DNA from: Nitrososphaerota archaeon | GTDB lineage: Archaea > Thermoproteota > EX4484-205 > JAAOZP01 | NCBI GenBank assembly: GCA_011605725.1 | Contig: JAAOZP010000019.1 | Coordinates: 1,123 to 65,122 of the forward strand | Direction of reading: 5' to 3' | DNA length: 64,000 bases | Shown here: piece after piece, positions 38,771-48,600 of the stretch | How the letters are laid out: every line of letters begins with the position of its first letter | How positions within the stretch are numbered: position 1 is the first letter of the stretch | Translations under genes and position numbers: made by a program | The notes under the pieces: generated by a model | Seen by the model: only the letters and a program-made list of their open reading frames with translations | Told to the model about the DNA's origin: nothing | Database searches by the model: none

Positions 38771-39718
38771 ATGAGTCTAGCCGTGGAGACTGAGAAACTG
38801 GTTAAGGTTTATGGAAACGGGAAGACCATGGTGAAGGCGCTCGACGGCATCGATATGAAGGTGCCTAAGGCAAGCGTCTTTGGATTATTTGGCCCAAACG
38901 GCTCTGGAAAGACGACTCTAATATCAATCTTAGTCGGATTATTACTGCCTACGAGTGGAAGCGCTAAAGTGCTGGGCTTCGACGTTACTAGAGAGTCGGT
39001 GGAGATAAGGAGGAGAGTCGGCCTGCTTCCAGAGGGCTTCGGCTTCTATGACCATATGACTGCTCTTGAAAACCTGGTTTTCCTCGCGACTCTTGACGGT
39101 GTCCCGTCTAGTCAGAGGGAGAAAAGAGCGTTGGAGGCGCTTGAAGCAGTTGGTTTGAAAGACAGGGCTGATGCTAAGGTTTCAACCTTCTCGCGTGGCA
39201 TGAAGCAGAGGTTGGGGGTAGCTCAATCCTTGCTGAAGGATCCTGAGCTTTTAATATTTGACGAGCCGACGGTTGGAATAGACCCGGAGGGAGCTGCTGA
39301 ATTCAGAAACCTGGTTAGGAAAATGAATAGAGATGGGAAAACAATCCTATTGTCTACACACCTCTTGTATGAGGTGGGCATGATATGCACTCATGCTGCA
39401 ATAATACGTGAAGGAAGACTACTTGTGCAGGGAAGCGTGGATGAACTATACCGGTCAGTTAGGGAGGCTAAAGGTTTTCGCTACGAGATTCGCGTGAAAC
39501 CTGGGAGCGATATGCCGTTGCAGGAGATAAGATCTATTCCCAGCGTTATAGAGATAGCGCAGAGCGATAACCGTGTAACAGTCTTGTCGAAGAACGACAT
39601 TGGGAGTATTCTCTTCTCACTGGTAACGAAAAACCCGTATAAGGATATTGTTGAATCTTTAACACCTGTAGAGCCATCTTGGGAAGAGATATATCGGTTC
39701 TACCAGGAGGGGGGATGA
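38771..39718 (+). CDS. ABC transporter ATP-binding protein
   Basis: GPNGSGKT, FSRGMKQR, IFDEPT and STH motifs. Confidence 0.93.
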   Translation: MSLAVETEKLVKVYGNGKTMVKALDGIDMKVPKASVFGLFGPNGSGKTTLISILVGLLLPTSGSAKVLGFDVTRESVEIRRRVGLLPEGFGFYDHMTALENLVFLATLDGVPSSQREKRALEALEAVGLKDRADAKVSTFSRGMKQRLGVAQSLLKDPELLIFDEPTVGIDPEGAAEFRNLVRKMNRDGKTILLSTHLLYEVGMICTHAAIIREGRLLVQGSVDELYRSVREAKGFRYEIRVKPGSDMPLQEIRSIPSVIEIAQSDNRVTVLSKNDIGSILFSLVTKNPYKDIVESLTPVEPSWEEIYRFYQEGG

Positions 39719-40698
39719 GAATGTTGAAAAACGCTTTATCAATCGCGCGTAAAGAGTTCGCTGACGCTGTAACCAGTAAAAGACTCTGGCTTATTGCAGG
39801 CATCTTCCTACTGTTTTCAATAGCCAGTACTTATTCAACATCCTTCGGCTTCAGAATTGGCGCTCGGCAAACAACTAGGCCGATGGTTCAGATAGCCTCG
39901 TCAATAGCTTCAGCAACAGCATACATGGCTCCGTTACTAGGTATAGCGCTCGCCTTTGACGCCATATCTGGAGAGAGGGAGCGTGGAACCCTTAGGATCC
40001 TGCTTTCAAGACCAATATACAGGGAGGATGTGATAAACGGCAAGATAATGTCGGCGCTCGCTGTAACAGGCTTAACCATAACCATATCCTCCTTAGCAGC
40101 GGTATCCGTCTCAATATTGCTGCACAATATTTCAGTGACTGTTGACGACGTATCTAGGATTGGGCTCTTCATACTTTTCTCAGTAGTTTTCTCGTTCGCG
40201 TACTACGCACTCTCGCTCTTCGTCTCAACGTTCTCAAGCAAGTCAAGCCACTCGCTTGTAATCAGCGTAGGTATATGGATTTTCTTCGCGTTCATATTAT
40301 CCATAATGAGTAGTTTTATCGCGACCGCCATACTTGGTCCTCCCCCGACTAGGGCTCTCACTCTTTTTAACATGAGTAGGAGGCAGTTTGGAAACTTCAC
40401 GACTCCGGGAGGCGCTACACCCCAGGAATTAGAGGAATACTTAAACTATGTTAGAAAAGTATCGGAGATCTCGGGCACAATACAGGCTTTTTCAATAAAT
40501 TATCATTATACGCAGATCACGAGTTCGCTTTTCAGCTTTGTTGCAGGGCCTCTTGGATTTGGACGGGGGGAAATCACGATAGCCAGTATCCCTACAATAC
40601 TTTCAACACGGTTGATAGACATTATAATACTCATAGTTTTCCCAATAGTTTTCCTAGTAGCTTCATACATGGTGTTCACAAGAAGACAGGAAAAATAG
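39715..40698 (+). CDS. ABC-2 type permease
   Basis: IARKEF and FDAISGERERGTLRILLSRPI motifs; multiple TM helices. Confidence 0.9.
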   Translation: MRMLKNALSIARKEFADAVTSKRLWLIAGIFLLFSIASTYSTSFGFRIGARQTTRPMVQIASSIASATAYMAPLLGIALAFDAISGERERGTLRILLSRPIYREDVINGKIMSALAVTGLTITISSLAAVSVSILLHNISVTVDDVSRIGLFILFSVVFSFAYYALSLFVSTFSSKSSHSLVISVGIWIFFAFILSIMSSFIATAILGPPPTRALTLFNMSRRQFGNFTTPGGATPQELEEYLNYVRKVSEISGTIQAFSINYHYTQITSSLFSFVAGPLGFGRGEITIASIPTILSTRLIDIIILIVFPIVFLVASYMVFTRRQEK

Positions 40699-40721
40699 TT
40701 TAAAGTTTCACTTAAACAATA

Positions 40722-41603
40722 TTAAAATGCTTTTTTCTCATACTCCATTATTAATGCTCCTGTTCTGCCTGTTAAAGGCAGTTTACTAGCTACAGGGTCT
40801 CCATCATAAGTCTTAACATATACTTCTCCGATTGATAACAAGTGGTTAATCATGCTGGCCAAGTCCAGCGGCCTAGGCTCCAGGTAGAAAGGGTTCAGCT
40901 CAACAATTCTTCTCGCCAAGCCTATGCCACACAGTTTCCTAACTATGTGATCGTTGAAAGTATAGAGGCGATCTCCAACAGTTACTTCATAAGAATACTC
41001 GATGACTCCTATAACGCTGCCGCATCTTAAGATCTTATTGTTGGCTCTTAGTTCTTCAAATGTTTTTTCCATTATCTTAACGGGATAGTGACCGATGTTG
41101 ACAACCCCGTTTCTCTCTTTAAAACCTATGCTCTCTTTTAAATGGAGCCATTCGCAGCCACTAGTTATTCCTTGGCTTAAAGAAGCCCTGTTTAACGGGG
41201 TTGAAACAATATAGCGGCATCCTTTATAGATGCTTTTAAAACCTGTTTTCTCAACAAGTCTCAACGCTGCGATATTCTTCTCCTCAACAAGAAGGTAAAC
41301 GTGCCTCGTATTCAAACTGTTTAATGCTGCACCCAGCAGTCTCCCGCCGACTCCTTTACTCCTGAAATCTTTATGGACTAGAAGCCCACCGATATATCCG
41401 CAGTCGTAAATATAGCTTAGAGAATAGATGCAGCCAACTGTTTCGCCATCAGCCTCCGCTACAAATATTTTGAATGATTCCAGTTGGCTCAGTATTTTCA
41501 CAAGCGGAATGTTTGTTAAGTATGTGAACGGGCTGTCCTTATGCTGCTCGAACAGCCTGACAACCTTATCTATGTCCCGGCTCTCTTTAACAGCAATATT
41601 CAA
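40722..41603 (-). CDS. GNAT acetyltransferase
   Basis: LVHKDFRSKGVGGRLL and NIAALRLVEKTGF motifs. Confidence 0.85.
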   Translation of the reverse strand: MNIAVKESRDIDKVVRLFEQHKDSPFTYLTNIPLVKILSQLESFKIFVAEADGETVGCIYSLSYIYDCGYIGGLLVHKDFRSKGVGGRLLGAALNSLNTRHVYLLVEEKNIAALRLVEKTGFKSIYKGCRYIVSTPLNRASLSQGITSGCEWLHLKESIGFKERNGVVNIGHYPVKIMEKTFEELRANNKILRCGSVIGVIEYSYEVTVGDRLYTFNDHIVRKLCGIGLARRIVELNPFYLEPRPLDLASMINHLLSIGEVYVKTYDGDPVASKLPLTGRTGALIMEYEKKAF

Positions 41604-41633
41604 CGTGGTGCAAACCGTTTAAACACCCGTTTA

Positions 41634-43238
41634 TTAATATTCTTCCAGAACTCCTTTTCTCTTCCTCTGACTCTCGTAGAGTTCTCTAACCCTTTTTAAA
41701 GTATCTGCTTCAGACGGAGCCTTGTCACTTCTTATTCTGGTTATTCTTGCAAACCTTAGTGCGAAGCCAGACTTATACTTCGGGCTCCTCTGGATTTCGC
41801 TGTAGGCTACTTCAACAACTATCTCCGGCTTAACCCATACTGTATTATCCTCCTCTCTTATCTTAAGCTCCAGCAGCCTCCTGGTCATTTCCTCGAATTC
41901 CTCGTCAGTCAAGCCTTTGAAGGTTTTGCCCACTATCTCGTAGCCCCCGGTTTCCTCATCCAGCGCCGCGAGGAAATAGTCGCTTAACCAGCCTGTTCTC
42001 CTTCCATAACCCCATTGAGCCCCGATTATAACTAGGTCAAGGTAGTCTGCTGCCTTCAGCTTAAGCCACAGCCTGCCTCTGGTACCCGGCACGTAAGGAC
42101 TGTTAAGAGCCTTAGCAACAACTCCTTCATGACCCTCCTCCAAGGCTTTCTTCACGAACTCCTCGGCCTCTCTGATGCTTGACGTTACTATCCTCGGGGC
42201 AAGGTTCACTTTCTTCCCAATCTGTTCAAGCATGCTCCATCTCTGTGAGTACGCTTCATCTATCAACTGCTTACCGTTCAAGTAGATCACGTCGAAAACA
42301 TATAGTTTAAGAGGTATTTTCTTCATCTCCTCTTCAATATTCTTAACCTTCGTGAATCTTCTCATCAAATCCTGAAAGGGCAGCGGCCTGCCGTTTACAC
42401 CTACAGCTATAACCTCCCCGTCGAGTATAACCTCTTCAGCGTCAACCCCGTTTACAGCCTCGTCAACTATTTCAGGTATGCTGGCAGTAACGTCTGTCAA
42501 ACGCCTGCTGAAAATCCTGACAGAACCATTCTTCTTATGAATCTGAACACGAGCCCCGTCAAACTTGTATTCGAAAGCAACATACTTATGATACTTAAAG
42601 ACTTCTTCCACGCTATACACCATCTGTGCGAGCATGGGTTTCACCGGGTTGAAGAGCGTTAAGCCTATTCTTCTTAAGCCCTCTTCGCCGGAGGTTAAGG
42701 CGGTCTCAGCGACCTTTCCCAAGTTGCCGGAGAACATTAGGGCTCTTCTCACAAGGTCCAGACTGCTTCCCGAGGCTCTTGCAATAGCTTCAAGCATAAC
42801 TCCCTCTCCGACTCCATGCTGCATTTCGCCGAAAATGTTCTTAACAATGTATTTTGCTTCAAGCTCAGAAGCTCTTTCAAGCATGGATCTTAAGATGAGC
42901 TCCTTATTCTCCCTCGATTTTAAGCCGCTGGCTCTCGCAATCTTTTCAAAATATTCTGCAACGTTCAGGATTGTCAGAGGCTTCTTGAAGAGGGGTGTCT
43001 GGGAGGGTGTTTCAAGGATTCTGCTTATCGTAGCGTATCCTATTTCAAGAGTCTTGGAAGAGGCTTCTGGGAATACTTCTCCAACAATCAGCAGCACGGC
43101 TGGACTTATCTCCTCTTTTCTCAGGCTCTTCAAGAACTCCCCTATCATTCTAATCTTCTCCAGTCTCCTAGTAGTCTCTGAAAGCTTTTCGCAAAGCTTA
43201 GCGAGCTCGATGAACAGCGTTTCCCCGTTTTCCCTCAT
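41634..43238 (-). CDS. lig: ATP-dependent DNA ligase
   Basis: EYKFDGARVQIH, LDGE, EGVVAK, WLKLK and LRFAR motifs. Confidence 0.96.
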   Translation of the reverse strand: MRENGETLFIELAKLCEKLSETTRRLEKIRMIGEFLKSLRKEEISPAVLLIVGEVFPEASSKTLEIGYATISRILETPSQTPLFKKPLTILNVAEYFEKIARASGLKSRENKELILRSMLERASELEAKYIVKNIFGEMQHGVGEGVMLEAIARASGSSLDLVRRALMFSGNLGKVAETALTSGEEGLRRIGLTLFNPVKPMLAQMVYSVEEVFKYHKYVAFEYKFDGARVQIHKKNGSVRIFSRRLTDVTASIPEIVDEAVNGVDAEEVILDGEVIAVGVNGRPLPFQDLMRRFTKVKNIEEEMKKIPLKLYVFDVIYLNGKQLIDEAYSQRWSMLEQIGKKVNLAPRIVTSSIREAEEFVKKALEEGHEGVVAKALNSPYVPGTRGRLWLKLKAADYLDLVIIGAQWGYGRRTGWLSDYFLAALDEETGGYEIVGKTFKGLTDEEFEEMTRRLLELKIREEDNTVWVKPEIVVEVAYSEIQRSPKYKSGFALRFARITRIRSDKAPSEADTLKRVRELYESQRKRKGVLEEY

Positions 43239-43270
43239 TTCCCTCTTCGAGTTCCTTTTTAAATCGTTCT

Positions 43271-44317
43271 TCAGGCTGATAAACCTTTTAGACCAAGCGC
43301 CTCATGATAGTTCTTAAGCGACCCGCCGTTCAACAGGGTTTTCAAAGCGGAAGCTAGTTTTAAAGCCATTCTTCTCTCCCAATCCCTCCCAAACCTCTTT
43401 TCCAGTTTTATCGCAGCACGTCTAAGAGCCTCCGCATTATTCCAGTTTCCGCTAAGAAGGTTAAAGACTTCTCCAACCTGTTTTGGAATGTCCAGTACGC
43501 TGGCTTCCTCACTATAATTATCCAGTAGGAGTGTCAAGTATTCGCCTACAGTAACATGTTTCCCCCTCCAGTAGAGCCTTGCAGCAGCCCCCATGCGTGC
43601 AGCCTCATCCCGTGTTTCAAGATAGGCTTCATGCGGCAAGTCGTTGCAGGGATCTCTACCGTTTCTCCAAGCTAACGCAAGGATTCTAAGTATGGTCATT
43701 ACACTACAAACATAAGGTGGAATATTGCTGTCGCAAACTCTGAGTTCAAGCGTTGAAGGTTTATGCTTGTTCTCAGGATTGAAATTCATCTCTCTGTAAT
43801 GATTCTGGTTTAAATCACCTTTAGCAACAGGAATACAATACCTACTGCCGCCGCGCATCAGCCTGTTAGAAGAGTATTCTGTTATCCTCCTTCTCCAGAT
43901 AGGCGAGTTAGCGGAAACCGCTATGATGAAGGGAATGTGATCATGAATGTAGCTTGCAAGACTTGCAGCCTCTTCTCTTCTAAAACCCTTATCCTTAAAA
44001 CCTAGGTGGAAATGGGTGCCTGCAAACCTGTCGTTCCATCCTCCTACTGGTAGTGGAAGAGCATTATCGGCAAGAGGTGAATCAGCATACTTCTCGAGCC
44101 CGCTGCTTATTGCTTGCAAAGCATCTTTCACGCTTTCAAAAGGCTTAGAAACGTATTCTATGCCTATGCTTTTATCAACGGTAAACCTCTCCCCTGTTTT
44201 CGAAGGCTTTATACCCGGCGTGATAATGCGTCTCGATATTTTTCCATCTTTACTTAAAATAGTATAGCATTCTATTTCAACCCCTATTGTAATAGCCTCT
44301 TCCTCCTCAACCGACAC
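43271..44317 (-). CDS. Glutamate-cysteine ligase (GCS2) / carboxylate-amine ligase family protein
   Basis: TIGVEIE, GTHFHLG, SANSP and TLELRVCD motifs. Confidence 0.8.
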   Translation of the reverse strand: MSVEEEEAITIGVEIECYTILSKDGKISRRIITPGIKPSKTGERFTVDKSIGIEYVSKPFESVKDALQAISSGLEKYADSPLADNALPLPVGGWNDRFAGTHFHLGFKDKGFRREEAASLASYIHDHIPFIIAVSANSPIWRRRITEYSSNRLMRGGSRYCIPVAKGDLNQNHYREMNFNPENKHKPSTLELRVCDSNIPPYVCSVMTILRILALAWRNGRDPCNDLPHEAYLETRDEAARMGAAARLYWRGKHVTVGEYLTLLLDNYSEEASVLDIPKQVGEVFNLLSGNWNNAEALRRAAIKLEKRFGRDWERRMALKLASALKTLLNGGSLKNYHEALGLKGLSA

Positions 44318-45108
44318 GTAGCAGGTGCTCTTCGTCTTCAGTACGGCTGGAAAAAGGCAAAATATAAATTTTATGCTATAATTAAATCTATTTTACTGTT
44401 TAAAAAGGAGCCCTTCCTTCACCATATTGATGATTTAAAAAGCTTTCTCTTTTTAAAGAGAATACGCGTACTCTGGCCATTATTCCTCCTCAAAAACAAT
44501 GCTTGCTTTTCCTCATCCTCATTGACGGTAATTTTCACGGAAATACTCTGAGAAAAATCAAGAAGTTACACATTTCTTTAAAGAATAAAAGTTGCCCATG
44601 GAATAGGCTGCGAATCAAGCCTGATTGGCAACGACTAACCTGGAATGAGCTGTTTTTAGAAAACGTTTTTACCATGGAACAGTTAATTTTTAAAACACTT
44701 GGTGAAGATAATGCTTGTTTTTAAAGCAACACTGCACCATGTTTTTCAAGCAATGCTGAATCAAAGAGACTATTCAGGTTTAACAAGTTTTTAGACCAAC
44801 AGTTTAAATCAGGCTCTTTCCTCCAGAATCATTGTTTGAAACAATAAAAGTTCACTGTTTATGGAGAAATTCTTTTAGAAAAACGGTTGTTACAAGTTAG
44901 CAACCCTTATTTTAACCGTCTACACGTTTTACTCTTAGTAATCACGCCTAGGTTTCCCGGGTTTCTAACTGCGGCTTCATGAAGGTAGCCTTTTTAACCT
45001 TTAGCAGGTAGGTGAAACTCCTTGAAAACGCGTTTAAAAAGCCTTCAGAACCAGATGCACCAGGCAAGGGTTCCATCAGCTTCAATCCATGGATTTTAGA
45101 AACCAGTG

Positions 45109-45657
45109 TTAATGGGTTATGCCTATTTTAGTGTAGAGTTCTCTCGGGCTCTTCGCCTCCACCACCAGGTTCACGAAATCAGCCCTGTTTACAAGCTCAG
45201 GAGGCACGTATCTGCCTGTTAAAACAATGTCTGTTTCCTCAGGGGCTTCGTCTAACAGCTTCAAAACATCTTCAACTGAAACAAGGCCTATAAAGGCAGC
45301 TAGACCAATCTCGTCCAACACCAGTAGAGCCGGCTTCTCCTTTAGTTTTTCCCTAGCCAGGTCAATGCCTCTTCTAGCCATCTCCTTATCCTCCTCAGAA
45401 GGATTTTTGAGGTCCACCCACTCTTCTCTTCCAACCAGATGTATCTCGTACTCCGGCTGTAAACGTTCAGCTATCAAGTATTCTCCAGTATTTCTCCATC
45501 CCTTCATGAACTGTATTATCACGGCTTTCAAACCGTGGCCAACAGCCCTGACGGCTAAACCTATAGCGTTAGTCGTCTTACCTGCTCCCGTACCGGTGTA
45601 GAGGAATACCTTACCCAAGGGCCACACCTCCTTCAGGAAACGGGGCACACGCTCCAA
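45109..45657 (-). CDS. cobO: Cob(I)alamin adenosyltransferase
   Basis: YTGTGAGKTT, IQFMKG, VLDEI and LTGR motifs. Confidence 0.92.
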   Translation of the reverse strand: MERVPRFLKEVWPLGKVFLYTGTGAGKTTNAIGLAVRAVGHGLKAVIIQFMKGWRNTGEYLIAERLQPEYEIHLVGREEWVDLKNPSEEDKEMARRGIDLAREKLKEKPALLVLDEIGLAAFIGLVSVEDVLKLLDEAPEETDIVLTGRYVPPELVNRADFVNLVVEAKSPRELYTKIGITH

Positions 45658-48600
45658 CCGCAGTCAATGCAGGTTAAACACCCTCCCTCTTTAACCAGTC
45701 TTTTACTACCGCAGCTCGGGCATTCAGCATACTCGTCATTATTCTTGTTAATAATTACAACAGGTTTCTCCGAGGCAGTTGCTGTCTTTGAGGAAGCATC
45801 TTTAGATTCTTCCCCGAAACCCTTTATATCTATTCCCAGGGTTCTCGCGATTTCAATGGTTGAGTTGTCCACGATCTTCGCGTACTTCCCTAGTTTCGAT
45901 GAAGGTGTTACTAAGACTTGGTAGGGAAGGGAGCCGTCACGGTAAACGGTAACCCCCTTTACTCCCATTGCACGTGCCAGAGTGAAAGCTTTCTGAACAT
46001 CCTCCACAGTAACCCAGTTCGGCATGTTTATGGTTTTACTGACCGCGGCGCAAATCCACTTCGTAAACTCCGCCTGCGCTCTCACATGGTCCCACCAAGG
46101 TATGTCGTACGCGGTTAGAAATACGCGGCGCAGCTCCTCAGGTAAGTCGAGGCCCATAAGCGAGCCGCCGTTGTCTGAAATCAGCTTAAGCGTCTTCTCA
46201 TCGTAAAGCCCATTCTCCCTAAGCGCGTTCTCAAACTCAACATCAACGTAGTAGAAGGTTCCTACACTAACCCTCTTCTCATATATTAGGGCGAACTGCG
46301 GCTCTATCCCGGAGGATACGTCGACCAGCATTGAGATGGAGCCGGTTGGCGCTATAGTGGTTACCTCAGCATTCCTTATTCCAAACCTCATTATCTCCTG
46401 CTGAAGCTCAACCCAGGGCAGCGTCTGCCAGTCCTTATGGTAGAAGCCTTCTATAGGCATCTCGCCGTCAGGATAGGATGAATCCTTATACAGCGGGAAG
46501 GCGCCGCGCTCCTTGGAAAGCCTGCAGGACTCTTTCATAGCGTAGAAAGTCAGGTGCTCAGCTATCCTGCTCATCATCCTAAAGCCCTCCTCGCTATTGT
46601 AAGGTATTCTCAGGGCGAAGAGCAAGTCAGCCAAGCCCATGACGCCTAAACCAACCTTCCTGGTGAGCTTAGTCGCGCGGTCTATCTCGCTTAAAGGAAG
46701 CTTGTTCACATCTATCACGTTGTCTAGAAACCTTAAGGCAATTCCAACTACACGGCTAAACTCTTCCCAGTCGAAGAAGACCCCTCCTCTACTCTTCTTC
46801 AAAAAAGCATAAAGGTTTATCGAACCCAGGTTACATGACTCATAGGGATATAAAGGCTCCTCACCGCAGTTGTGGTTGACGAGGCCGTTCCCCAAGAAGT
46901 TATGATAGATCGGAACTGTAAAATCATAGAAGTCTACCAACCCAGCGTCTTTGATAGAGGATACAGTAGCCCATAAAGAATCCCTCTTAGTTTTCTCTAG
47001 GGAGAGTTTCTCTAACTTGCTTACGCTTTCAAACCCTACAAGTTCCTTGAATATCTTCCTGCTATATCCGTTTATAACTAGCTCATAATAGCCAGAGGTT
47101 TTGTAACTTTTTTCATCGCCATCATTAGTGGTATAGAGGAATTCTCTAATGTATGGTCTCTTATAGATTTTTGATGCTATGCCGAGGGTTGCCAAGAGTA
47201 GTTGAACTTCCTTGAGCAACTGCAGGCTGGCACTAGCCAGCCTCACGGCACTGTCGTTATCTACATAACCGTCAGCGGTGAAGAGGCCTCTGAGGAAAGA
47301 TACTAAAGATCTTTGGCTTAGCTTCCAAACAACCTCTGGAAGTCTTCTGTCTCTGCTTCTCTCCATGAAAGCCCCCGTAAGATTCATAATGTTCTTGTAT
47401 ACTGTTGTTCCCTCGTTATACTGTATCTTATGCTCGCTTTCACTCAGAACGTAAGTATGGGATAAGGGATTTCCTCCAATCTTCTCTATACTCCTCCTCA
47501 AGCGTTCCTCAGCCGCTTTATCATCTTTGCTGAAAAACCAGGAAACGTAGTGTCTGTTAAGCGAGCCGTTTCCAACTAGCCATCCTAACGCGAATGACAC
47601 ATCCTCATCGACATCATAACTCCCCCTGTAAACATGCTCCAGGAACCATGGATGCAATCTTCCTATTAGTACTTTATCGTTTGGCGCAAGATCCTTAGCT
47701 TTTTTCCATCCTTCCGAGGTTAGTAATTTATGATCATGAGTAACGGTCAATTCATACCCTTCCTCCGTCCTCACAGTTAAACCAGGCTTCTTACCTACGT
47801 GCCAGACCCATGCTTCTACTTCCTTGGGAATAAGAAGATTCAGCTCTTTCTCGTGAATAGTCCTGTACACCACCTCTTTTCCTTCTATAGTTATTAGCTT
47901 CGTCCTGTAGGCTTGAGGCTCGCCCCCTTCACCTAATAACTTTTCATCGACAGCCACAGCTTTAACCGGGCTGGAGACCTTAACCTTGTGGAATAGCTCA
48001 TCCGCTCTAATCCATCCGTCGGGAGTAAGAACCCTCGTATTGCCGGAAACGCAAGGGTTAGTGGATTTTATAGGACCCTTATGCTTCGCCATTACGTTTC
48101 TCCTGTTAATGTTCTCGAGAAAGAGGACCCCAGGATCACCTGTCCTCCAAGCCATTTCAGCTATTTTCCAAAAAACGTCTTTGGCACGAACCGTCTTCCA
48201 AACCTTTCCGTCCCTCGGGTTTACGAGTGGATAGGGCACGTCCTTCTCCAAGTAATCCCAGAAATCATCCTTTATGAGGACAGATATGTTGAAGTTTTCG
48301 AGTTTCCCGCGTTCAGACTTGGCTGTTATGAACGCCTCTATATCCGGATGGTTAATCTCCAGAATACCCATGTTTGCACCCCTCCTCTTACCCCCTTGTT
48401 TAACCACATCCGTAACAGTGTCTATTATTCGCATGAAGGAAACCGGGCCGCTGGCCACTCCAGAAGTGCTGGAAACAATGTCTCCAGCAGGCCTCAGCTT
48501 AGAATAGTTTATCCCTATTCCACCACCCGATTTAAAGATGATCGCCGCCTGGGTTGCAGCGTTCATGATTGATTCGATATTGTCTTCAACGTCAAGCACG

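Noticed and set aside
42634-43317. Long antisense ORFs (this one, 55408-56037, 1455-2033, 48081-48572 and others)
   Set aside because: They are shadows of well-supported genes on the opposite strand and have no motifs.
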